64,000 nt of DNA. Source: Adineta vaga. Its lineage: Eukaryota > Animalia > Rotifera. Location of the stretch: positions 744,001-808,000 of the forward strand of contig CP075496.1 of the NCBI GenBank assembly GCA_021613535.1, read 5' to 3'. The translations under genes were made by a program, and so were the position numbers. This document shows, piece after piece, positions 24,149-36,439 of the stretch; the first letter of the stretch is position 1; every line of letters begins with the position of its first letter. Below the pieces are notes generated by a model that was given only the letters and a program-made list of their open reading frames with translations, made no database searches and was not told the origin of the DNA.

Positions 24149-25376
24149 ATGAAATCTTCCGTAAGACTTTTTCAACCATCAATTCTTAATAATTTTATTC
24201 GTCGTTATGCTTCAACTGAAGGAACAATTTCTTCTGATTTCGACAAAGCAAAAAGTCGTTTAGAATCATCATCAGTCGACGTTGATAATGAAACAAAGTT
24301 AAAACTTTATAGTTTATATAAACAATCAACAATCGGTGCTTGTACAACAGCAAAACCTGGTCTAACTGATTTTGTTGGTCGTGCTAAATGGACAGCATGG
24401 TCAAGTTTAGGTAAATTGTCACAAGAAGATGCACAAAAACAATATATTCAAACAATTGAACAATTAATTTCATCTTCATCAAATGAAAATGAAAGTAAAG
24501 GTAAAAAAGATGAAGAAAAATCCTCTTCATCAGATCATGAACATATACAATTAATTAAAAAAAGTTCAGCACATTGGGAACTTGTTCTTAATCGACCTGA
24601 AAAATATAATGCAATTACACAACCAATGTATGAGAGATATATTGAAATTCTTGATCAAGCTGCTCAAGATAAACAATTAGTTTTACTTTCAATTACAGCG
24701 AAAGGAAAATTTTATTCATCTGGAACTGATTTAGCTGATTTTGCAAAAATGGCTGTAAGATTTTCTTATTAAAATGCTTTTTTTCTATCAGTTTACTTTT
24801 CCTTAGACATCAACAACAACTGATTTAAAAGCATCTGTTGAACGTGGACAAGCAATGTTAGAAAAATTTATTGGAAAATTTATTGACTTTCCTAAAATAG
24901 CCATTGCTTTTATCAATGGACCAGCAGTTGGAATATCAGTTTCAACATTAGGCTTACTTGATGGTGTTTTTGCTTCATCACGTGCAACATTTTCTTTACC
25001 ATTTACACGAACAGCACAATCAGCTGAAGGTTGTTCTTCATTAGTATTTCCATCATTAATGGGTTCATTACATGCAAAAGATGTTCTTTTATTTGATCGT
25101 AAATTAACAGCACAAGAAGCTGAACAACGTGGTTTAGTCACACGTGTTATTGATGAAAAGAATTTTGAAGAAGAAAAAGAGAAAATTTGTCAACATATTC
25201 TTTCATTACCAAAAGGAAGTCTTTTAACAAGTAAATTATTATTACAAAAATGGACAAAAGAAACACTTCATAGTGTTAATAAACATGAAGTTGAAACATT
25301 GAAACAACGATGGTTAACTGAAGAATTTGTTCAAGCTATGATGGAATTTATGAGAGGAAGAAAAAAATCGAAATAA
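24149..25376 (+). CDS. ECI2: Enoyl-CoA delta isomerase 2-like (acyl-CoA-binding domain + crotonase fold), 2 exons; intron 24755-24806; alternative ATG at 24125
   Basis: ACBP motif KLKLYSLYKQSTIG...GRAKWTAWSSLG; crotonase motifs LNRPEKYNAIT, FYSSGTDL, INGPAVGISV, QSAEGCSS; N-terminal mitochondrial-type presequence. Confidence 0.92.
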
Positions 25377-25462
25377 ATTTTAAACATTTTTTTTCTTTTT
25401 CTTTTTATTTGATTCTTTTTCCAGTTGGTATTTCTTAGTTTTTTTTAGATTAAAATAACAAA

Positions 25463-27662
25463 ATGAATTCATTAACAAATGAAAATCATTCTTCATCTTA
25501 TCAAAAATATTATTTTGGTCCAAGTCGTCTTCTAACAAAACGAATTCATGTACAATCTCATAATGGAACATTAGATTTTACAATAACTGGTGGAAATGAT
25601 ATGCAACCTATTCATATAGCTTCTGTTGTTTGGGCTTCACAAGCTTATTTACAAGGAATGAGACCAGGAGATCAAATTATTTCAGTCAATGGAATTTCCT
25701 TTCAACAAAATATTACTTATACAAAAGCTTTACAAGTTTGTTCAATTTCTTCTAGAGAAAAAACCCTTCTATATCTTAGATTCTTTAAGATTTTATATTC
25801 AACATCCGATCTTGATATTATGATTCGAACACTTCGTGTAAATTCTCTTGATGCAACATTATATGATTGGTATGATCCTGTACAACAACGATCAACATCA
25901 CCACCACCTGGATCTTATCTTTCTCTTGATACACAATTACCTTATTTTGAAAGAACAGTTCGAATTCATGTAGGAAAAGGTAAACGTCTTGGTTTAGTTA
26001 TTCGTGGTGGTGCTGAATATGGTCTTGGAATCTTCATATCTGGAGTTGATAAAGGTTCTCTTAGTGATCAAGCTGGTCTTTGTATTGGTGATCAAATTTT
26101 ATCTGTTAATGGAATTGATTTTCTTCATATAACACATACAGATGCTGTTCAATTATTAAGAAATGTTGATCAAATGATCTTTCATTTACGACAAATGAAT
26201 AAATTACCTAAACCAAAAGATGAAAATCAACTAAAAAAACATTTTCCAATCAAAAAAACAAATCGTTTAATTGATACAAAAAAGAATTTTATTGAACAAA
26301 TTCTTAATGAAAATGATCAAATTTTATTGAAAAATAATTTAAAAGAATATTTAGAAGAAAAACTTCATTTAGATCAATTAATTAAATTATTATTCGAAAT
26401 TTTAAATAAACAAAATCAGCAATATCGAGTAAAAACAGACAGTTTTCTTCTTATTCGATAAAAACAAATGTTTTATTCATTTTAAGATTGAAATTATTGA
26501 TTCAATTAGAAAATTTATTCGTACAAATGATCTTGATCGATTTGATATTCAAATATTAAAAGATGATTTAAATACTTTAAAGGTTAGTTCAAAAACAAAA
26601 CTCATTCAAATCAAATATTTAGAATAATTCCATTCTAGTAAAAAGAATTAAAAGTAAAGGTAAAAAAAACAGACAATGTTATGTTTGTTTGTGTGTGTGT
26701 GTGTGTGTGTTGCTCTGATATATCTATTTGCCCATATTGCTTCAATGTTGTCTAACTATAAAAAAAAACGATATTACTGACAAGATAAACTAACCTATTG
26801 ACATAAAAAGATTTTATTGTTTAATTTTGAAATTTATTTTTCTTTTGAATATTTTTAGTTATCACATGAACGTATTCTACGTCAATCTGTAACACCATCA
26901 CGATTGTCAACATATTCACCAATGATTAATTTGGTTTGATATAAAAGTTTTATTTAATAAATTAAGTTGAAAATAAAAATTTTCTTTTTAGTCAAAATCA
27001 GTTGATAATTTAACAGATGAAACAAGTTCACGTTTAATTCGTCCAAAATCATTAATATTTAATAGTGAAACAAAGAAATCATTTGATAATGATTATTCTC
27101 CAATTCATGAACGAAAATTTCAATCGAAAAATAATTTAAATTCATTAAAAAAAGCTCAAAGTCTTCATAATATCAATCAATCTGAACAATTTTTATTATT
27201 TAATAAAACTTCAAGAAATTTAAATATTGAAGAAACAAATCTTATTGATAATTTTCTTCAAGTAAATTCAATTTGTTTTTGTTTTTCTTCTCGATTATTT
27301 GAATTGTTTTTTTTCCTAAGGATTATTCTTCACCATATCCAGTTACAATTCATAAAATTCGTTCAACATTAGGTGTTGCTATTGAAGGTGGTTTTCAAGA
27401 TCGAATACCTTTACCAAGAATTGTTTATATGCAGGTACGAGAAAGACTATTTTATATAAAATAATAAAACGTTTTTTTAAAGCCTGATGGATGTGCATAT
27501 ATTTCAAGTGGTCTTCGAGTTGGTCATGTTATAATCGCTTTAAATGGATATTCAATGAAAGGTTTATTACATCGTGAAGCTGCTTTATTTATTGCATCAA
27601 CATTTAAAGATAAAACAAGTTCACATATGGATTTATTAGTTGTTGAACCATTAATTGATTAA
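25463..27662 (+). CDS. WHRN: Whirlin-like multi-PDZ scaffold (PDZ1, PDZ2, harmonin-N-like, PDZ3), multi-exon
   Basis: LGLVIRGGAEYGLGIFISGVDKGS (PDZ2). Final exons TLGVAIEGG..PLPRIV..GLRVGHVI..HREAALFIA match whirlin PDZ3. Introns include 25736-25789 and 26583-26858. Confidence 0.8.
26691..26710. repeat. (GT)n microsatellite in a whirlin intron
   Basis: GTGTGTGTGTGTGTGTGTGT. Confidence 0.9.
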
Positions 27663-27799
27663 AATTATTGTTTTGTTTTTTAAATTGTATAAAGAAAAAA
27701 CAAGTCCTATCTTGTCTTGAACAGTTAATATTTCTTTCTTTTGAAAAAATAATAAAATCTTAGTTAAAAAATAATGTCTTATAGATAAATAATTTTCAA

Positions 27800-28516
27800 A
27801 TGAAATCTTGTTATAATTCGATAATAATTCATTTATTTCTTCAAATATTTTTAACATTAATATCTTCAATTGATTGGAAATGTTTATTTATTTCATTGAT
27901 AATTTATTTCTTTATATTAATTAAAGAATTCAATCAAACAGATTTGTTTTATAAACATTATTTATCTTCATTAATCTTTTCTTTTCTTCATTATTTATTA
28001 TTTACATTATCTTATGCAGAAATTCTTCCATGGGAAACAGCACTTGTCATTATTTTTATGTTATTTACTATTTTTTATCAAAGAAAACTTTCATTATTAA
28101 CAAAAAAATCTTATTTAAATAGGTAAATTGAATTCATTATTAAATAATCAATAGATTTCAATTCATTTTTTAGTATTTTATTCGAAAAGAATGATGAAGA
28201 AAATGATTCGAATAGAACTATTTTAGTACTAAAATGTTATTTATCAAGTATTTGTTTGTTTTTCTATACATTTCATTTATGTTTAACAACAATATGTACA
28301 CCACAAATGTATTTTAATTGGTTTCTATTTATTAAAAATTGTCGATATACTTATACAAGATTATTGTATGAAATTGAACATAGATTTTTTCTTTTCAATT
28401 GTTTCTTTTCTTTTATTTATTTTAGTTCAAGTTATACTTTCGCCGGTGGATTACTTATTTCATTAACATGGACAATAATGTTAACTTATTGTTTAATCAG
28501 ATTAAAATTCAGATAG
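27800..28516 (+). CDS. Small multi-pass membrane protein, function unknown, probably 3 or more exons
   Basis: Hydrophobic ORFs 27800-28126 and 28256-28516 with splice signals (donor GTAAAT at ~28123). Very AT-rich, so partly compositional. Confidence 0.4.
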
Positions 28517-28691
28517 AATAACATTTCCATGTCTCGTCAACCGATCTTCGTAATAAAAGAACCGAGAATTTTTACAACGGTACAAAAAGATGAGCTTGTT
28601 TATTTATTGAATATATATATATATATCTGAGATGAAAGAAAAGATAAAGCTTGATTAAATCAAATGAAAACTAATAATTTGCATTTTGTAT

Positions 28692-29459
28692 TTATGATGA
28701 AGTTGCTGTAACTTGTGCATAAGTTTGTCCCTGAACTGAATGAATTTGTTCGGTTTGTCCTTGTGCAACAGCTTGTGTTGTAATAACAGTTGTTGTTGAA
28801 GATGCTAAACGATTTGCTGAATCTTCTTGTCCAATATGAACAACTTGTTCAGTAATTTGTTCTATACGAGCATTTGTTACTTCTTGTGCTTGTTGAAGAA
28901 TATTAATTTTACGCTAAAAAGAAAAGAAATAAATAGACAAAGAAATATTTAAAAAAAACTCTAAATCTACTTGATTTGCATCTTGTTGTAATTGATCAAT
29001 CGTATTTCTTGCATTTATTAAAATTAATTCTTGTTGTTGATTTAAGGATTTTTCAAGTAATGCTAATTGTTGTGCTTTTTCTTCATTTAATTGATTAACT
29101 TTATTTTGTAAATCATTTTGATATTCTTGTTGAAATTCTTCGGATTTTGTTTGTGCTTCTAATAAAAGTAATCGTTGTTTATCTTTAGTTTCTTCTAAAA
29201 TTTTATTAATTATATTTTGAGTTTCAATTGAGATTTGTTGTGTACGTTTTTGTGTATAATTATCCAATTGAGCATGTGTTGTTGATAAACGATCCATTAA
29301 TTGAGATAATTTTTCTGAACCAATGTTTAATGCAACTTTATTTTTGGCATCATGACTGATTGCTGATGAGACTTGAACATTATCTTTATGAATTGTTGAA
29401 TGTTGAACATCAGTTGATGTGACATTTTCAATTGTTTCGATATTTGATTGAGAAGACAT
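28692..29459 (-). CDS. Hydrophilic Gln-rich coiled-coil protein with S/T/V-rich tails (CAHS/LEA-like architecture), 2 exons; intron 28914-28970
   Basis: The ORF splices in frame to RKINILQQAQEVTNARIEQITEQVVHIGQEDSANRLASSTTTVITTQAVAQGQ...TSS*. No Cys or Trp seen; long amphipathic helix. Confidence 0.8.
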
Positions 29460-30447
29460 GGTTGAAATAGTGAGAAATGTTCGAAAGAATCGACATATTT
29501 ATATTCAATGATAGGTTGATCATCTTTTCTGATACGGTTATCTTATCGAATAGAGAGAGATATCTATTCAGTTCAAAGTGTAAAATATTTGAATTTGTTT
29601 TAAGATAAAAAAAATAAGCGCCTTTTTTGGACTTTGAACTGAGTCATTTATCTATTGATATAAAAATTTCGTAGTTTAATCGTGTACTCAATGACTGATT
29701 TCAATTAAATGAAGAATAGAAGAAGAAGAAGAAGAAAAAGAGACGACGACATTTGTCTATTTTAAATGTATTCTTATCAAAGATTATTAAGTCGAAAGTC
29801 TATTCTTTTTTGAATAGAAATTTCAATATGAGTTGTGTTTTTCTTTTTATCAAGATATAAAAGATGTGAAGTCAATTCGTGTGAACAATTATCGATAAAA
29901 ATCTTGTTGAAAAATAAATCAACCAATGAAATTTAAGATGCTCTATTGAAAAACTAGTTATTGTCAGTTATCTTAATTTTCTTAATGATTGAACACGTGT
30001 CTTCTCACTGACTTAAATCACAATCGACATTTTCGAAAAATTCTAATGATCATATTCGCCCAAATTTGATTAAACGAATAAATCATGATAAAAACGTTTG
30101 TTATCGACAGATGAAAAAGTAAATGATTAAGCTCTTTTGATTGATGACAATAAGAAAAGAAAATAATCGATTTATTTTGTATAATAAATGTTAATTAGAT
30201 TGTTGTAAAAGAGATATGATAATAATGTCCTTGTAGAAAAATAACAAAAGATATTTCTTTATTATCGATCAATCAAGAGATTATTTATGAAGGATATTCA
30301 TGTAAACAATTATCTTTTTATATTTATTCAAATCACTATTAACAAAAAAACAAACACATTAATTTAAAAAAAACAACAAGAAAATGAATAAGTAAACGAA
30401 GAAGAAAAAGAAACTAAATAGTAAAAAAGAAAAGAACTCGTTTTTGT

Positions 30448-32138
30448 TTATAATCGTTCAATATATAAAGCAGGAGAGGTGGCAGGATCATATGAATGAT
30501 TGAGTTGTGATGAACGTCGAGAATGTGAATCTCCAATAACAGCTATTGGATGTCTTGGTGAATTTTCATTAGGTTTAGCATTTAATGTTCCTCTCATTAA
30601 AGCAATTAAATTTGAAGGTGCTGTTTCTTGTATAACTTCAATTGTATTTGGATTATTTGGTAGTTCAATAGGTGTTTCATCAAGTCTCATTTGAGTTGGT
30701 AAAATATTTTTAATTAAAGAACCTAATGCTGAATCTTCTGCAACAAAATCTTTTGGTACATGCCAATTAAGACTATCATCAAAATAAGAATCATTATCTG
30801 GAGAGGCAAATATTGGTAAACGAAGAAATATTCCTGTTCCTAATCCTCCAATAATTGCCATACCTAATGTTAAAATAAGACCAGCACATTGATAACCTGC
30901 ATGAGTTCCAACAGATCGATCTACTCCTCCACCCAAACATTGTGATGTTAAATTTTCATGATAAAGTGATCGCCATGGCATACTTGCAAGTACAATACCA
31001 GCTATTCCAGATAAAAGTCCAGGTATTCCATGTAAATTATGAACACCACATGTATCATGAATATGATATTCTTTTAATTTTTCAAGTAAATATTTATAAC
31101 CTAATGTTGATACTGTACCTGCAACACTTCCAATAATCATTGCTCCAAAAAGACCAATATTTTTATCAGCAACTGTTCCCACAGCAACACCACCGGCTAA
31201 TGTTGCATTTTGTATATGAATAATTTCTTCTTTACCTTTTCCAACAAGTGCTGATACAACAAATGTTAAAATAACAGATGCACTTATACTAACATATGTA
31301 TTAACAATAGCACGCGTTCTTCCATCTCCATATGCCGTTCCAGCATTGAATGATGGCCAAAAACAGAATAAAAATAATGTACCTATCATTGAAAAGATAT
31401 CTGATGCATAACTTGAACTTTCTTTTTCCGATTCTACAGTTCTTCTACGTTGAAGTGCATACGAAGTAGCCATACCAAAATAAGCACCAAAAACATGAAC
31501 ATATATAGATCTAAATAAATCGCAAAGAGTTACTTCTTAAAAAAAAAGAAATCAAAGATTTTAACTTACTCTCCAGCATCATATGTACAGAAATAAGTTA
31601 AACCAACATATTCATTCCAAACTTGAATAACAACTTCAATTAATGCCATCATAATCAATTGAGCAGGATTTGTTTTACCAAGAACAGCACCAAATGAAAT
31701 TAAAATTGATGCACAAACAAAATCAGCATGAAGAAGACTTTTAACATCGACAACAAAGGATTTTTTATCAACATTCCATTCAAAAACATAACCACGAATT
31801 AAAATCGCCCATTCTAAGACAAATGCAGCGACTAGAAAATTGAATGAAACCGATGAAAATGAATATCGACGTAAAAAGGTCATTAAAAATCCAAAACCAA
31901 TAAACATCATAACATGAACATCTTGAAAAAATGAATAATAAAATTCCACTTCACCTTCAGCAGGTGCACTATTATGTGATTTTGCATAAGATTCACTTTC
32001 ATCATGTTGATAACCATATTCAGCATGAACGGCATATAAAACAATAAAAACACTTTGGAAAACAACTAAACCAAATGGAAACATATATTTTTTTGACCAA
32101 TAATTGATCATTTCTTTAATTTCATCGAAATCCACCAT
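30448..32138 (-). CDS. Rhesus-type (Rh50/RhCG-like) ammonium transporter, 2 exons; intron 31511-31569
   Basis: YSFFQDVHVMMFIGFGFLMTFLRRY, ISFGAVLGK, HVFGAYFG, SDIFSMIGTLFLFCFWPSFN, HIQNATLAGGVAVG, HDTCGVHNLHGIPG. Confidence 0.93.
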
Positions 32139-32231
32139 GATTATTTGAAAAGCCGAAATAAATCTCTTCAATTTCTTTCTTTTGATGATAATCATTTGTT
32201 TTTATAGAAGATTTTCATGTAGGTGGATTTA

Positions 32232-32261
<30 letters not shown>
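32232..32261. repeat. (CT)n microsatellite upstream of the Rh gene
   Basis: TCTCTCCCTCTCTCTCTCTCTCTCTCTCT. Confidence 0.85.
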
Positions 32262-32262
<1 letters not shown>

Positions 32263-33423
32263 TTGTTTTTCTCTTAGATGTATTTTATTTTTTCTTTTAT
32301 TTCGATATAGTTAGCTTCTACAAGGTCCATACCCTAAATCTAGATTTGACAATTAAACTCGAATACGAAAACAAACAAAAACAATATCGAAATGAATTTC
32401 ATATATCAATATGTCAAATCATGATTATTATCATTAATCTAAATGAATCTGTCAGATCAATTACAGAAATCACAATACAAAACAAATATTTTCTCTTTTT
32501 TTTATTATATCATTTTTTAGATTTGCAATTATTCATAAATTGTATTATCAATATTAAAGAGATTATATTATTTTGATTGCAAAAGTCATATTGTGAACGT
32601 AGACTGTCGTTTACGGACTCTGTCTAAATTTGAAAATAGCATAAAGTCAACCAAAAACTGTTTAATTTCTCTGTCAAAAGTTTTATTGTGATGTCATTTT
32701 TTGTTCGATGAGACATGTTTCAAATAATATAGAATTCAATATGAAAAGATAAAAGATGAGATATGATAACCATGTCATCTACTTCAATTGATTATTGTCA
32801 CGCATTGTCTTTCTCGCTTTGTAATCGAATTAATATTATATCTATAATTTCATGTTTTGTTTTTTGATTTTTTTCTATGATAAAGATTCGAAAATTGCTG
32901 TCATTATATCTGAATCATTGATTTTGGTAACCCTTGATTATCATCAAACACTCATTCTAGATTATTTTGAAAAGTTTTTCAATTGAGATTATTTTCAAAA
33001 GAAATAGATATTTTATCTCTATATCATAATATTCGATTCTAATGTTTTTCTATCCATCAAATCGATCGATTTGCACTGAAAAGACGAAAAATAACCTAAA
33101 ATGATTATTTGGTTGAAAGAATGTGTTTTGATTGGATGATTATCGTGATAAAAAAGAAATAAGATTGATTGATGAATATCCTTTGACAAGTCTACAATGA
33201 TGAATATCATATCTCAACTTTAACATTTTACCATCAAATCTATAGAACACAATAATTTATCAATTCAACATATAAATATTTCTGAGAAGGATTTATAATG
33301 ATACATTGATCAGAAATGGAAAACAAAGGATTAATATTGAAAAATCATTGATTTTTATCAACCAATAAAAATAAAGCAAAATATGTTAAGAACATTTCTA
33401 TAAAAACAATCTTGATTATTCAT

Positions 33424-34780
33424 TCAATATGTTTGATCAATATCACTAAGAGGTGTGTCGATTTCCAAATTCAAAGATTTATTTAATCGTCGATAATAAT
33501 AAATACATAAAAGAATTCCAATTCCAATTAAACAAATGAAAATAAATATCTAAATATAAAAAGAACAGTAATCGATAATCTTGTCTCTCGTCTTGTCAGA
33601 TTCTTGATTATCTCGAAAGAATTGTAAGTGAGAGAATATGAGTCATACTTTGTCTATTACGTATCTTATCGCTCATTTCTATACAAGCCGTTAGATCGTT
33701 AATCGACTCCATATGCAGACAAAACTGTAAACTATTTTTCCACTCGTGTTTTTTTTCAAATATTTGTAACTGCAGCAGAATTCTATAATAAAATATTAAA
33801 TCAAGAATCTGGTAAGATCGTCGATCAATGGAAATCTTTTCTCTCTAATAAACAATAAACATAGAATCATTCGGATGGTGTTTTCGTTAATAGGAAGATG
33901 ATTTAATAGAGAAAGCTATCGTCAGATGATGAAACATGTTGCAAGGTGTGAAATAAACTTTTTCGTGATAGTAGATTTAAATGATCTTAAAGAAATTCTC
34001 AAAACTTTACTCTTCTTACAATAATGATTGAATAATTGTTATTTTGTGTTTGATATTGTTTTGAAGAAATCGTTTGATTGAATTCTAATGGATAAATTTG
34101 TTGTTGAAGAAGAGAATTTTGTGATTCAATTTGAATTTGTGTTGGACATGGTGATTTTTGTTGAATAGTCTTTTCATTTTCATAGAAAATCCAATGTAAA
34201 AAAGTTGAATTGACATAACAAAAAAAGAATAAATGAATTTGTTTAAAAGGTTGTTCTAAAAGAATATTTTCATCAATAAATTTTGTACAACTCATTTTTT
34301 CGTTTATCCATCGATTGATTTTCAATGAAAAAATATCAATTATATCATTTTCTCCTCCAAGATAAGTAAACATATCTAATGAAAGTAAATCATCATTTTC
34401 ATGACAATTATAAGAATCAATTTCAATCTAAAAGTTCGTTTAATTCAAAATAATTTATCAAGAACTTCTCAATTTACTTCAATTGTATTGTTCTGTTGAT
34501 CTGTTTCAAGAAAAAATTCTTCAATTAAAGTTTCACTTTGAAATTGATTTTCCATAAAATTGAAAAAATCGTCTTCAGTTGTAAAAAATAGTTTTAAAAA
34601 ATGAATTTGACATGAAGTTTTAAGAAGTTTTGTTGGATTTGATATTTCATTACATTTTAATGAAGAACATTCGAATTCTTTTGTTTCTTTTGCAAGTTTC
34701 AATAAACATTCACAGGAAGATTTGATCGAAAAATAAATTTCAATGAAAAAAATTATCAAATATATCGGAGAAGATTTCAT
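33424..34780 (-). CDS. Single-pass type I membrane protein, unknown function, 3 exons (34478-34780, 34020-34427, 33424-33549)
   Basis: Signal peptide MKSSPIYLIIFFIEIYF and a Cys-containing ectodomain. Phase-0 splicing yields TM YSIIIIFIFICLIGIGILLCIYYY-RR and a short tail. Confidence 0.7.
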
Positions 34781-35199
34781 TGAGGAAAAACAAAGTCAAT
34801 GCGCTTTTTTTAATTTTCAATACTGGAAAAATTCAATGCTTTCCTTGATCACAATCGATTCACATCGTAAACTTGAGAAAAAATTACAAATTACTATCGT
34901 TGTTCAACTACTTCACACCCTCAGTGTTAATCGCTTGTTTTCAATAGATGGTCACTGAAATATGGTTTTAAATACCTTTTCCGACAGAATAATTGACACA
35001 ATCTGTACAAATGAAAGTGAATATTAGTAGAAATTTCCTGTTCTAAACGATGGTATAGATGAAGACTGTGACGAATTATGAGAGTGACCGTTTATGTCTT
35101 TCGATATGATGATATAGTCATACAGGTGATCGAATATCTTATTCACAAATGAAATATTTATTGAATTTTTCGAAGAAAAGAAATTGTTTTTTTTTGTTA

Positions 35200-36138
35200 T
35201 TACATGATAACTTTAATTGCATTTGGTCGTTGTTTAATTAAAAACATGATTAAATAAAGAATCAATGAAATAATTGCAAAATAAAAAGCTAAAATTTCCA
35301 TTCCAAAACACCATCCAAGTTTTGTTGAATATTTTTCCGGCAGCGTACTTATATGTTCATTTTGATATTTTGCCACGTTTTCGGTATCTAAAAAAAAATA
35401 AAAAAAGAATATTTTCATTTTCAATATTCTTCAATATCTTTACCATTATAATGAATAATTTCTAAAATCGACCAACTAAATCGAAGTTCTCGTACATCTT
35501 CTTCTAAATCTGATCCAGCTGCAACTAATGTTATAAACATGAAGATAATTGCAACGAATAATAAAATATAACAAGCAGGTATTAACCATTTTAAAACAGT
35601 CTCTTTTTTAACAAAAGCAACTAAATGTGATAAAAAGATTAAAACTCCAAGTGATAATGCTGTCATAATACACGATGCTAAAACTAATTTTGTTCGAGTT
35701 AAATAACTATTAGAAAGAAAATTTCGTTTATTTATTTTATCTAATGAATAAAACTTACTCGCATTTACAATAATCTTTATTATAAGTTTTAGTAGCACAA
35801 GTCACATCACCATTTTCATTATTTTCTCGAAGACAATATGATGCTTGTTCAAGATAATTAACCATTAATATTTTATTTGAAACACAAACATCCGTTCGAA
35901 ATGCATTACCATCGATTATATTTGTTACATTTTTATATGGATTGAATATCGATTCCATTGATGCTTGATAACAACGTGAAACAATTCCTGTTGACCATGA
36001 TCCTAATATATCATAACGATTACAATTACTACAAGTTACATCTTTCCAATGAGAAAATGACATTGCAATTAAATGAAATATTAAACTGATTAAAACAGTT
36101 ACGAATGCAACACTACCCAAACGTTCAAATCGTTTCAT
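35200..36138 (-). CDS. Claudin/PMP22-like four-TM protein, 3 exons (35759-36138, 35444-35706, 35200-35387)
   Basis: TM1 followed by W..GIVSRC and a Cys-rich loop; three further TM helices, LGWCFGMEI before TM4; in-frame splicing. Confidence 0.75.
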
Positions 36139-36439
36139 TAGAAAAGATTTTTGAGTAAAATATAGTTACTAAAGTCAAAGTAAACAAAATGAATATGTCG
36201 TAAATAGAATCAATCAAGCATGAAAAATGAATCATTCATACGAATATTTTATATAAAAAAAAAGACAAAATAGATATCATACCTTGACCTTCCTTTTTCA
36301 TTTCGAATCAATAATTCTAAGGGAGAAAACTTGAAAATGTTAATCATTAGCACAAACTTTAATAATGAAAAGTAACTTTTCCCGGTACTTCTTTGTATCT
36401 GAAATATTTATATTCTGGGAAAACGTTTTCTAACGTACT

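Noticed and set aside
26623-26659. Micro-exon in a whirlin intron
   Set aside because: The candidate boundaries give either an immediate stop or a frameshift; the flanking exons join in phase without it.
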